The position numbers were made by a program, and so were the translations under genes. A stretch of DNA of 64,000 nt. It comes from Macrostomum lignano (lineage: Eukaryota). The notes under the pieces are model-generated. The model was not told the DNA's origin. It saw only the letters and a program-made list of their open reading frames with translations, and made no database searches. This document shows positions 49,011 to 61,187 of the stretch, piece by piece (the first letter of the stretch is position 1; the number at the start of each line of letters is the position of its first letter). The stretch is from assembly GCA_002269645.1 (NCBI GenBank), contig NIVC01000177.1:128887-192886 (forward strand), given 5' to 3'.

Positions 49011-51182
49011 TTGCGCCAAAATCCGACAGCTACCCATGACAGCCCATGAGAGTCCGGGCATCCCCAGCCCCAATCCAATCTAATCCTGTCGGTAAAATTG
49101 AAAAGCCCCTAACCTTCCGCCTCTAAAATAATCTTCCGGCTGATTCGAAGCCGGCGCTGACGCATCAGAAGCCACCTGACAGGCCAGTGACGGACGGCCG
49201 CGCGCTGCCAGGGCGGACAGGCTAACACGCCGCACAGAATAGGGGAAGGCTAATCAGTCATTCGCCGACAGCGGGGAATCTGTTGCCAGCTCATCTCTTT
49301 CGCTCTGTTTCTTTCTTTTCCCATCTTGACTTCAGAGGCCACTTCGCGTAGCGGCAAAAGGCCCGGCCAGCAGCAAGTCAGGCACCAGAAAGTACTTTCT
49401 ATATAGGTTCAGTATAGGCCGCGGGTCAGCCAGCCGTGACCACCAATAACTCACGGAGCCCCCCGCCTGCTGGCGCATTCGAATGGCGAATGGCGTACGC
49501 ACGTATGCTGGCGCATTATAGCAAGCAACTGCATATGCCAACTGGGGCGCTAGCCGGCTTCCCTTGAGCCTTGGGCATCGACTTTGCTTGATTGATTTTC
49601 ATTTTCTTCTTCTCTTTCTCTAGTTGTAATTAACTAATAATAATATTATTATTACTAATATCATTATTAACTTTGAAAACAGCGTGATTCACCCATCATA
49701 GGCTAGGCTGGCCATGTAAAAATTAATTCTAACAGGCTAAGCATTACTACTAGCGTATATGGCCTTTCATAAATAAACATTAGCAAATGTCTGTCAGTAC
49801 GGTTGCTTATTTACGAAGCCTTTAGCGGTTAAGCGGTTTAGCGGTCAGTCGTGTGGAAAAATGCCTAGCATTATAATGTATACTTCAGCCTGCGGGCAGA
49901 AACTGCATGCATGCCAAACTGGTTGGGGAAATTGTTCTGCTAATTGGAGAATTCGATGGATTTTGGCAATGAAATCAGGTTCTGATTTAAAATAAAATGA
50001 GCATTTACGGTAAAGTAAAGTACATATTCGTCTGCGTATAGATAAGTTGAGCTAAAGTAATAAAGGGAAAATGTAATTTTCACATTCATTTAGATGATTT
50101 ACCAGTAAAAGTTAAAAAAATAATTATAAGGTTTGTTTTAATCTTCAAAAATTATTTTCCAGGAAACAAAATACCCGTCCATCTACTTTCCTCAGGGGTC
50201 CCTGCCGGGCTTACTGTTATGAAAGCAGTTTGAAGTATAGCTCGTAAAAATCAATAATGTAAAAGACTTCCGAATTTCAAACAACCCTTATAATATTTTA
50301 ATGTTCAAAAGCCCATGGTTTCTTTAAGCTAAGTACCGGTATGCAAAGCATTGCATTTCAAAACAACTGTTTAAAGCTTTGGTTTAGAATTGATCAGATC
50401 ATTTCTAAGACAGTCGAGTGTAGCGGCCCTTTACTGCGGTTGTCCATGTGTATTCCCGTCCAGCTTCCAGGTGGTCCTTGAATCGACTACTATGAGTAGC
50501 TAACTATCAAGATAGCTATTGCTCAATTGATAGCGCAGGTAAAGTCAATCATCTTCTTATCTCAGCAGTCTTTATCCATAAATTTCTCTCTTTCCAAGCA
50601 AATCGTTTCTTAGAAATCTCCATCTCTCTTTGACTTGAAGAAGCCGCAGAATTTATCGCACAAAGAAGCCCTAGAAATCCCGCCCATCAGATGATGACCA
50701 GTGACAACGAAAATGGCCCACTATGGATTAGTCAGTAATAAAAGATTAACCAGTTGCACAGAATACCAGAAAGAAAATGAGCCAGTATCTAGTCAATAAC
50801 TCATGATAGAGATAAAGAGTTAATTGGAAAAGGCTATAGCAAAAGAGAAAGTGCTGCGCAAGCCTCCTCAGGTCTCCTCTACGCAAGCAATTGCTCATTC
50901 TTGCCTTATCCTGCCTGTCTATGCCAGTTAGCTGCAGGAAATTTATTTGCTCTGTCCCTGTCTTGGCGTTGGACAGTTGCAGTGGGCGGGAATATTTATT
51001 AGCAGCAATACAGGCCTCAACAATGGCCGAGCAGATGCCAAAGCTAGTGAGCTGGCTTGATTTATTACGCAAAGAAAATAAGAGTACCATGCATGCTATC
51101 CAGCATAGCTCTCGTTTCCTGATGCAATCACTGTTGCGACTGTTAGAAGAGTTCGGTTGTGCTCTGCTTGCTGAGATTGAGG

Positions 51183-52522
51183 GGTAGCGGAGGGTAACTA
51201 TCTGAAGGATATTGGGACTGAAGGACGGAGGGTAGCTACCTGAAGGACACTGGGTAGCGGAGGGTAGCTATCTGAAGGACACTGGGTAGCGGAGGGTAGC
51301 TATCTGAAGGATATTGGGTAGCGGAGGGTAGCTATCCGAAGGACATTGGGTAGCGGAGGGTAGCTATCTGGAGGACACTGGATAGCGGAGGGTAGCTATC
51401 CGAAGGACATTGGGTAGCGGAGGGTAGCTATCCGAAGGACATTGGGTAGCGGAGGGTAGCTATCCGAAGGACACTGGGTAGCGGAGGGTAGCTATCTGAA
51501 GGACATTGGGTAGCGGAGGGTAGCTATCTGGAGGACACTGGATAGCGGAGGGTAGCTATCTGAAGGACACTGGGTAGCGGAGGGTAGCTATCTGGAGGAA
51601 ATGGGTAGCGGAGGGTAGCTATCTGAAGGACATTGGGTAGCGGAGGGTAGCTATCCGAAGGACATTGGGTAGCGGAGGGTAGCTATCTGAAGGACATTGG
51701 GTAGCGGAGGGTAGCTATCTGAAGGACACTGGGTAGCGGAGGGTAGCTATCTGAAGGACACTGGGTAGCGGAGGGTAGCTATCCGAAGGACATTGGGTAG
51801 CGGAGGGTAGCTATCCGAAGGACATTGGGTAGCGGAGGGTAGCTATCCGAAGGACATTGGGTAGCGGAGGGTAGCTATCTGAAGGACACTGGGTAGCGGA
51901 GGGTAGCTATCTGAAGGACATTGGGTAGCGGAGGGTAGCTATCTGAAGGACATTGGGTAGCGGAGGGTAGCTATCTGAAGGACACTGGGTAGCGGAGGGT
52001 AGCTATCTGAAGGATATTGGGACTGAAGGACGGAGGGTAGCTACCTGAAGGACACTGGGTAGCGGAGGGTAGCTATCTGAAGGACACTGGGTAGCGGAGG
52101 GTAGCTATCTGAAGGACATTGGGTAGCGGAGGGTAGCTATCCGAAGGACACTGGGTAGCGGAGGGTAGCTATCCGAAGGACACTGGGTAGCGGAGGGTAG
52201 CTATCCGAAGGACATTGGGTAGCGGAGGGTAGCTACCTGAAGGACATTGGGTAGCGGAGGGTAGCTATCCGAAGGACATTGGGTAGCGGAGGGTAGCTAT
52301 CCGAAGGACATTGGGTAGCGGAGGGTAGCTATCCGAAGGACACTGGGTAGCGGAGGGTAGCTATCCGAAGGACATTGGGTAGCGGAGGGTAGCTATCCGA
52401 AGGACACTGGGTAGCGGAGGGTAGCTATCCGAAGGACACTGGGTAGCGGAGGGTAGCTATCCGAAGGACACTGGGTAGCGGAGGGTAGCTATCCGAAGGA
52501 CATCGGGTAGCGGAGGGTAGCG
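51183..52522. repeat. 32-bp satellite GGGTAGCGGAGGGTAGCTATCTGAAGGACACT, ~41 copies
   Basis: Period 32 (51241 to 51273); the irregular block ATTGGGACTGAAGGACGG recurs at 51211 and 52016. Confidence 0.98.
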
Positions 52523-53284
52523 GAGAGTCACTGAAGGACTTTGGGCAGTGGAGTGTCACTGATTTTCACGATCAAATTAAAGTTGAGAGCCATATCGGAC
52601 ACTTCATCCTAAGCAAGCAGGCATGTATTGCAGGCAGAAATTTAAACAAATTGTACTTGTGACTGAGTATTCTGATTGTGTCCAGCACTCCTCCTGTAAT
52701 GTCACGATGTCACGGTCGCCTAGTTTTGCGACAAACATGTCATGTCTCTATGACTTCGTGTCTCCTGTCAGAGTGCAGAGTGAAGTTACCGCCAGACACC
52801 CAACGGTAGCCACCTGCTAGCCGCTGTAGTTTTCGTGTCAGATTTTATCGAGTCCAATCTTACACAGAGGCCTATAGACGCTACTGCCAGGCCAGTAAAA
52901 GCTAATGAATATTAATGGATAGGAGAGACGCGAGCTCCAAGCTGCTTTCGGTTGGCACGCGATCGAGCGTTTCTTGAAATTGCTTGTGCAAGAAGAAAGA
53001 TAAGAAATAGGGAAATTCGAATAGAATGAACCAGAGGGATGGGGAGAGTGAATGGACTGCGAGAGGATGATCGGAAATGTCCGCTCGAAGCATGGAGAGA
53101 ACGGAGGCCACTGCGTATTTGATTTTATCTAGAAGAACTCTGATATTTAATATTTACATGCTATTGAACACCAAGTGCGCTGATCCAAAAGTTCATAAAA
53201 TCTATTTTAAGCAGAGTCGATATCCTTTCAAAGGTGATAATTAATGTTCTCATTGCTAATGTGTACTGCGTGTGTGTGTCATGG

Positions 53285-53323
53285 GTCTGTCTGTCGGTCT
53301 GTCTGTCTGTCTGTCTGTCTTAG

Positions 53324-53376
<53 letters not shown>

Positions 53377-53379
53377 TAG

Positions 53380-53472
<93 letters not shown>

Positions 53473-53513
53473 GCCTGCCTGTCTGTCTGTCTATCTGTCT
53501 GTCTGTCTGTCTA

Positions 53514-53570
<57 letters not shown>
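53285..53570. repeat. (TCTG)n microsatellite with TCTTAGTG variants
   Basis: Read directly. Confidence 0.98.
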
Positions 53571-53819
53571 GTAAAACGCTGGTAATAATTATTCAATAAT
53601 GATTAGCCAACGCAGCAACTCCTGTCTTCATTTACTTTTCAAGCCGCAAACAGGTGAAACGAATCAGAAGCTCGAATGTAAGCTTCAGCGCACAGTGAGT
53701 GCCGCTCCTGTTCTGACAGAGCAGCTTTGGCAATCTGCAATTCAAATTCTGCTGACCAGACTGCGTGCAACACTCGACTATATGAGGCCAGCGAGCCCCA
53801 GGCAAGCCGGCTGACAGCC

Positions 53820-55410
53820 ATGCACAGCCCGGACAGCACGGAGGAGATCGGCCTCAGCCCCGTTGGCGAGGCTTCCAACCAGCGCCCGGGCGTCATCGGC
53901 CAGGTCGACAGCAAAGTCGCGCACTGCGACGCGTGCACGACGGCCCGAGGCTGACGCCGCTGCCGGCGCTGCTGGCTGGCCCGGCTGGCGGCCTGGCCGG
54001 CCTCCTGCTGGGCGTCAGCCTGCGGATTCTCTGCGCAGACGTCGCCGCTGGCGGCCTGCTGGCCTGGGCGCTCGGCTGGCCCGGCCGGGCCTGGGCGGAC
54101 CTCCTCCGCTGCGCTGTGCTGCCGCAGGCCACGGTTGCCGCTGCCGCTGCGCTGCTCGAATTAAGTCTTGGCAGCGTCGCGGCGCTGGTCTTAGTAACGG
54201 TTGCTATGCAGATGGCAGCCTGGATTCTGGCCACCGGGGCATTATGTCGCTGATGCTGTGGCTTCGGCCTGGACAGCTGAGAGTCGAGGACAGCAGCGGC
54301 GGAGGCGGCGGCGAGTTCACCTCAGGTGACACCCTGGCCGCCGCGGCCGCTATTCTGGACGTCCTGGGCGGTCTGCTGTTCCCCGACAGCTTGGCTGCGG
54401 CTGCCATGAGCAAGCGGCCCCTGAGGCTGCACGCTTGGCAGCTCCGCTGGGCCAATGCCAGCAATGCAACCAGCAGCGCCGATCCGGCTGACTTTGCCGT
54501 GTTCGCCCCGCCCGGTCCGAACTTGCTGGGCCTGCTGGCCGTCACAGGGACAGCCGTAGCCCTGCTGAAGCATCGCGACGTCCACGGCGACCTATTCGAA
54601 ACGGTAAGAGCTCTGCGGAGTGCCGTCGCGCGCGCCCACCACTGCCTGCGCCACCTGGCGCCGTTTGGCTTTGCCAGCCTGGCCGCCCAGGCCGCGCTGG
54701 AGGCGCCGCCGCCGCCGCCGCTGGCCGACGTTGGAGCCAGCGTGCCCGGCCTGGCGCTGTGCCTCGGCCTGCTGGCGGCCTGGCTGCTGCTGCTGGGACT
54801 CGCACTGCCTCTGCCGCCGCTGCTTGCCGCTTCCGGCGGGCGGCCCAGCCCCGTCCGCTGCCTGGCCGAGGCGCTGCCCGCTGCCGGAGTCGCCTTCGCC
54901 ACGGGGTCCGGCGCTGCAGCGATCGGCGCCAGTCGGCGCTGTTGTCGCGCCCTCGGCGCCTCGTCAGCCATCGGCGGCGCGGATTTTCTGCTGCCGTTGG
55001 CCGCTTCGCTGAGCGCCGGCGCCGGCGCCTCCAGGCTGGCCGGCTGCGCCATCTTCCTGGGCCAGCGCAGCCTGGCGGCCAAGCTCGGCGCTGACGTGCA
55101 CCGGCTCCTGGCGATCGCTGCAGTGGCCACGGCCTGCGCACTGGTCTCGGCCGGCTCTTCGTCTCCTGCGCCGGCCGGCCTGGCCGACCTTCGTCTCGTC
55201 CTGCTGGCCGGGGCAATTCGAGCCGACGAGCTGCACCTGCTGGCGCCGACCGAGAGGTTCGCGGCCCGGTGCTCGGCGGCGGTCGGCGCCCTGATCGACA
55301 TCGCCTGCTGCTGCGTTTCCGACCGGCTGCACAGGCGGTGGTCGAAGGCGGCTGACGGCGATATAGGAGAGGCAGAGGCGGAAGCCGACGTAGCAGAGGC
55401 TGAAGCTTAA
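53820..55410 (+). CDS. Highly divergent SLC1/EAAT (dicarboxylate/amino acid:cation symporter) fold protein; two single-base frame breaks
   Basis: Three consecutive frames: MHSPDSTEE... (53820), GLLLGVSLR...GWPGRAWADLLRCAVLP (TM1-3), then LWLRPG, LDVLGGLLFPDSL, GPNLLGLL, LAPFG, AFATGS, FLLPLAASL, AIFLGQ and the TM8 equivalent. Breaks near 53930-53954 and at GGGG 54236-54239. Confidence 0.8.
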
Positions 55411-55899
55411 AACTTTGACTGACTAACTCAGCCCCAAAGTCCAGGTTCATCGTGTATTAAATGGGCACGCAATCGGCATCAGAGGAAATAGCCAGCGAAA
55501 CTTTGACAGCAGAAATGACTGAATTTGCTTATTGCAGCCTGCGGCTAGGTGCCCTTTGGCTAACAGCTGGCACTGCATTGCAAAGTGGCACAAATGTTTA
55601 CATTGCGTTCTACTGACTAGAATCAGTCTTTGACTGCTGCTACAAACCTCTTGATTTGGCTTGGTAAAAGAAGCAATTTCGTGATCGCATCATTCATTGT
55701 GTGTAAAATAAAATTTTAGCTCAAGAATCTAGTTATTCAACTCCGAGCTCGTATAGATAATACAATTTTAATTAACCTGTGGAATGATTAAAGAGAGCTC
55801 CTACTGACAAGTAGGCAGGAACGAATCATATTGGATAGTGGGATGCGAATACTGTTGCACACTGACAGATCAATAGTAGTGCGAAACCACTCGGAGTGT

Positions 55900-56290
55900 G
55901 TATGGAAGAGCTGGGCACATGTTTAACCTCCATTATATTTATCGGACATTGGGTTATTGAATTTGAACAGCAAGCTCTTTAGGACTTGCTTACTGCATCA
56001 CCCAGGGACTCGGGACAGGAAACGGCCGAGTCATGCAAAAAAGTTTACGACTAAACTCACCTGAAATGTAGTACACAGCGGCATTCTCATGCGATGTGTC
56101 CCAATGTCCCAAAGTGTCCCAATTTCATCAACTTGATATTTTACTAGTAACGCTGCACTGAGCAACACCTGCTCAACTGAAATAAAGTGATTTCCGTCAC
56201 CCATTTGACGGTACACACCGAATTTGCCTTCCAAATTATCTGTGTGGAATTCAGAGAGCAGTACATACTTCATAGAAATACGTACGAGTA
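55900..56290 (-). mobile_element. Decayed P-element/THAP9/Galileo-type transposase fragment
   Basis: KYVLLSEFHTDNLEGKFGVYRQMGDGNHFISVEQVL resembles the catalytic-Glu motif (Y-L-x-x-x-F-x-Q/T-D-x-L-E-x-x-F-G-x-x-R-Q-x-x-G-x-N); a downstream YNGG before a stop resembles the xRGGL motif. Confidence 0.65.
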
Positions 56291-56632
56291 CTGGTCTACT
56301 TTCTAAAGCATACTTTCTAAAAATAAATGTGCCAAAGTAAATGGTATATATTCCCCATTTATACCAGTGCTAAGGCAATATTTTTTTGCCATAGACACTT
56401 GTATAAATGGGAAATATTTGATGTATCCATCAGTTGCCATTTATTTGCGCTCAGTTCCATCACACACTGGAATAGTGCGTCACACACTGAAGCGACATAA
56501 ACGGAAGCTTCCAAGCAAGCGAGTGGCTAAAAGAAAAGTCAGAAGTTCATGCATGCGATCTAAGAGCTACACTGAACACTGCATACCGGAGCCACGCAAA
56601 CGGTTTTCTACTAAGTGGATTTCATCATTAAA

Positions 56633-57794
56633 ATGCCTCGGTTGCTGATTGGATGCACTGCTCAGCGGATTTTAGGGTATTTCCTGTTAGCAGCGTTCAG
56701 TACAATAACTGCGAAGCTGTATTTTGATTACTTGAACGCACAGGTAAAGAAAAGTTTGCCATGGGAATCGGCTAGCGATAATAAACGTCCCATAACGCAC
56801 CAAGGCTTCAGTGGGAAAAGCACGGAGAGCACCACTCAGCCCGCTGAGCTGCCCCAGCTGCCTTCCTCTGAGTTCTACATTCGAATGTTGAGCGCAAGGT
56901 CGCCGCCTCGAGGTGATCTGTTCGATCCGCAGATCAATGCGACTGAACTGCGAGCAACTGTCAAGCTGCTGTGGGCGTTTTTGGACCTGTGCAAACAGCA
57001 CAACATCCAGGTGATGCTGTACGGAGGTACACTGTTAGGCTCGTACCGGCATCATGGCGTCATTCCATGGGATGACGATCTGGACATGCTGATGAGGGAG
57101 GCCGACAAGCGCAGACTTATTGAAGCTCTGAAGGGGTGAGTCTATCGACATTGCGTGCAACTATAGGCGTTCCTGTCATAGACGGTTGGTTAGTCAAGTC
57201 CTCGCACCCTTAGTAGACGTTCCTAAAAATGGTAGTCAAAAAAGACAAAACATCAACATCAACAGGCACCCGGACCTTCGCCTAAGGCAAGCTGGTCGGT
57301 GGAAAGTGTCCAGCAAGTCACATTGTCTTAACGTGGCCAGACACGGCTGCTGGCCCTTCATTGACCTGTCATTCCACGAGCTGGAGGGTGGCTGGGTTAA
57401 TGACTTGCACGACTCTTTTGGGAAGAAGTGCCGCTACCCAGAAAAGGTGACCTTCCCGCTGCATAAGAGGCCGTTCATGGGCCGCTGGGTCGACTCACCC
57501 AGAGATGCGCTCAACTTTCTATCCTACTCGTACGAGCCTTCAAACGCATGCATCAGCCTGCACTATTCCCACAAGTTTGAGCGCTATCCAAACGTTACAT
57601 CGGTGTCAATCGACTGCAAGGAACTCGCTCTGACCTACCCGTTTGTGTATCGCGTCCCGGACTCTGCTACCTCTCGTGGTGGCGTCTTGGAGACGCTGGT
57701 ATTTTCTGACGGCGGACCGGTGTACACTGTGCCAGTTAATGAGCCAAACGGTGTGATCAACGCTATTTACAGCACTCTGTTGGTGAAGAATTGA
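56633..57794 (+). CDS. LicD/fukutin-family nucleotidyltransferase-fold protein, type II membrane, 2 exons (~343 aa)
   Basis: Exons 56633-57135 and 57266-57794 (phase 2); N-terminal [21 protein letters not shown]; [23 protein letters not shown]; WPFIDL; FPLHKRPF. Confidence 0.9.
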
Positions 57795-58902
57795 GGCAAG
57801 AAGGCAGAGAGCGATACTACGAGTTACCGATTAAGTAGCTTTGGAATGAACAAGGAAGATAAACTATAACAATAGGTCTGGGATAAAAACAATATGCTGA
57901 AGCTTAGCGATTCGTTTGCATTTATTGTATCATTTTGAGGGGCATTTTGGTTTTTAGATGTAAAGTAAATCCAATAGTTGCAAGCATATCCAATATCCTA
58001 TCGTGCCGATGACGAGGTCAATAAACGTGGCACGAAAGCATTTTTTGCTATAACACTTGCATAAAGGGGGAATACTTCTTTTTCTGTTCAATTTCAACAA
58101 CACTCGCATTCAGTTTCGGCAAGCTGACATTCAATTTTATCACTCTACGCTAGTATATTTAGCTACTTCAACCGTCATTCAATTTCGGCAAGTGGCATTC
58201 AATTTCGTCAATTGGATATTCTATTTCATACCATAGTGAGGGCGTTACTTCTGTCTATGGACAAAGCTTGTTCCTGAATGCAGATTTCCCATTCAATTTC
58301 GGCATGCTGCATTCAATTTCAGCACTACATTTTCGGTGCGCTTTTTTAGCGTACTGTATTAATCTTAAACAGCCCACTCTTAAACTGATAACAAAAGCAC
58401 TGCTCTCCAAAATCGGAGTGGCCTGTACTAAATCTAAAACTAGCGTCCACGCAGCTGCATGGCCGCCTCTCTGTCGTAGTCATACTTTTCTCACCGATAG
58501 AGCCAATCATTGTAGACAGCGCGTGTGCGTGTTTTTTCGGATGTACTTTTCCACAGCGCTTGCCGAGTTGCCGATTTCCCGAGTTGACACTGAAGACCAA
58601 CTCAGCTCGGTTGTCATGGTGACTCTTAGATTTTTTGCCTATGTTAACAACCAAGGCAAAAGTGAATGACGACATTTAAAAAACGCACTGAAGAAACGGT
58701 CAAGCGTAAGGAATGCATGCAAGAAAAACTGAACCATTTTTTCCATTTTTTGCGTAAAAACCTTTACAAAAACGAGTACTTGCTACTGACAAGTAGTAGT
58801 CTAAAACTGGACGGCCACTCTCCCCTTTACAAGTCACAGATTTTCTGCCTTGCGCTCCTGATCCGTAATGTATTTCGTTTGGCTAAAATCACGAGCTGCT
58901 TG

Positions 58903-61187
58903 CTAATGCGCTGCTGCTTTGTCGCCGCTGATTGACAAAGGCGGTACTGAAGCGCCTGACGCCACGGGCCGGTCATCGGACAAGTCGAGCGGCTCCGGCA
59001 GCTCCCAGGCTAAGCCGAAGTCGTCATCGCTCTTTCGTTGGCCCTGCTCGCCCTCGCCGTCGCGGCAGGCAATGACGCCAAGCCGCGGCACGGGCACTGC
59101 GGCCGAGTGAAGCACGGCGAGGCAGCGCCCGCTGGCTGAATGGATTAGGCGGCGCTTCAGAGGCTCGTAGCACCAACTTTGCAGCCTCGCCAGACTACCC
59201 TCACCGTTGTCAGTGTCCTGACACGGCGCCAGCGACAGCTGTTGGTTGTTGTAGTGCAGACAACTACCATCGGATCGCGCCAGAACCAGTGGCCTGCCGC
59301 CTCTATCAGCGGAGGTGGCGGAGGCTGCTGCCGCTTCCGCGATCACCCAAGTCTGGCCGCCGCCTTCGCCGTGGCATTCCCGAATCATAGGCGTCGCCGC
59401 CTTCTCTTCCGTGTCGAGGGTGGAGAACACGGCGTCGAGGCACCAGATGCGGCCCGAGAGTGTCGTAGCTACGCGCAGTTGCCCCATGCGAACGGCGGTG
59501 GCGTTATCGGCCTCCAGACGCCACCACCGCGCCGCCAGCTGTTCCGGGCAGACGGTGTCCAGGTACCAGCGGAACGAGCGGCAGCCAAGCCTTCGTCGGA
59601 GCTGCCGCCTCTGCGAGACGTCGCCGAAGTCACCCAGCCGATAGTTGAACTGGCGATACAGGATATGCTTGAAGCCGTCCAGCCACACTTCCGCCAGTCG
59701 GATGGCATTCCGCTTTAACACCTCGGCGGCGCCGCTTTTGCCCCAGGTGTAGGGGCTGACGGAGCGAAACAGGTGGCCGACGATCGAGCAGGGCACAATC
59801 TCGATTCGGCCTTGATCGCCGCACATCCACACGCGGAAGCTGAGCTCGAGATTCTCGCTGCCCCAGATCTCCATCCCTGGGTCATAGCCGCCGAGCTCAG
59901 CAAAGAAGGCCCGGTCTATGGTGAAGAGGCCGCCTGGCATAGTGGCGCTCGGCACTGGATCGGCGCGGCCTGTGAGGTTCCGCCGTACCCGGTCTGGCAC
60001 CGGGCGCCAGGCGAACGCCAGACCCGGCCAGTCGAAACCGCCTACCGTCATTCGCTCCGGGGCCACGTGCAGGAAGGCCAGAGACTCGCTGCTGACCACG
60101 TCGATGTAGGGCACGGCCACCGTTCGTCGGCTGCGGGCCACTCGGTCCAGCAGGGGCTCCAGCCAGCCTTCGGCGCATTCGACGTGCGAGTCCAGGAAAG
60201 TGAGCGTCTGGCCAGTTGCGGCCGCGGCGCCAACCAAGCGGGACCTGAAAGATTCAGAGTTTGGGATTCCTACTGTGCGGTAGTTGAAATTGAAAATGCT
60301 CGTCATGACAAAGCGGTGTCAGATTGCTATCTAAGACCCAGAGTTGACCTTATAGTGCCTGCCTGTGTACTGGTAAATGAGAACCTGTACAGCTTGTCAC
60401 CTCTCACCTGACCAGCCCTTCGCGGCGGGAATTCCGTATTAATCTAAGCCGAGCGCTCGTACCGGACCGGCCCAGCTCAGCCAGGTAATCCTCCAGAGGC
60501 CGGCCGAGCTGCGGTCGAGTTGACGCGTCGTCCACCAGGATGACCTCGTGCAGCAGGTTCGGAGGCGACCTGTCCAGCACGGAGTGCAGCGTCCTGAGCA
60601 GCGCCGACCAGGCCTCGTTGTGCGCGCAGACGATGACGCTGGTGTTGGCAGGCCGGCCGCTGTCCAGTTATTCTTGCGGCAGGCCAGCGGCCGAAAGTCT
60701 TGCAGGCGACGTCGCGGTCCAATTCGATCGCTGGCAAACTCGTTGAAGCCGCTGTCGCGCCAGCCAGCCTCGAATCGGTCGCGCTCGTCGGCGTTCAGCA
60801 GGCTCGGGTCGACCCACACCGGGGCACCAAGGTCGCCGGGACCGCCGGCCGCTGATGTCGGCGCACCGGTTGATGGCGCCGTCAAGCTTGTCTTCATGGC
60901 GGACGTTGCCGTCGAGCTGGTCGCTTCTTCCATCATGAGGATGCTGCGCAGCCGGTCCTGACGCTCGCGCAGTCGCTGCAGCCGCTTCCCCGGTCGCTGC
61001 GCCTAAACTCGGCGCTCAGGCGGGATTTTTCAGCCAGCACTCGGTCGCTGGAGTCGGTGTCATCGTTGAGGCCGTGATCTGCGTGGATACTGAGCAGCGC
61101 AGCTACCAGGGTCAGCCACAGAAGCGAGGTGACCAGAAGCAGAAGACGAAACAGCGGGTAACGCCGCCAGAACAGCCAAACTCGCAT
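58903..61187 (-). CDS. GALNT: Polypeptide N-acetylgalactosaminyltransferase (GT27 plus ricin-B lectin); at least two single-base frame breaks in exon 1
   Basis: Exon 1 61187-60408, exon 2 60244-58903. [20 protein letters not shown]; FNEFASDRI; [23 protein letters not shown]; EVILVDDAS; REGLVR|SRLVGA; FLDSHVE; [16 protein letters not shown]; [10 protein letters not shown]. Breaks at CCCC 60988-60991 and GG 60647-60648. Confidence 0.92.

Noticed and set aside
49290-49400. Strong polypyrimidine tract and AG at ~49335 followed by a short open frame (ATSRSGKRPGQQQVRHQK)
   Set aside because: Weak donor and no linkable exon; could be a UTR or trans-splice acceptor but cannot be supported.
50891-51187. 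98-aa plus-strand ORF (…MAEQMPKLVSWLDLLRKE…)
   Set aside because: No motif, ordinary codon usage, and it runs into a satellite.
54230-54253. Programmed -1 ribosomal frameshifting
   Set aside because: No canonical slippery heptamer; homopolymer deletion error explains several sites at once.
54204-55450. Long antisense ORFs over the SLC1-like, GPCR, ENaC and GALNT genes
   Set aside because: Shadow frames of GC-rich coding sequence; no motifs of their own.
56633-57794. Bacterial contamination or recent HGT of licD
   Set aside because: It has a spliceosomal intron, an N-terminal TM anchor and eukaryotic neighbours; LicD-fold proteins are native to animals.
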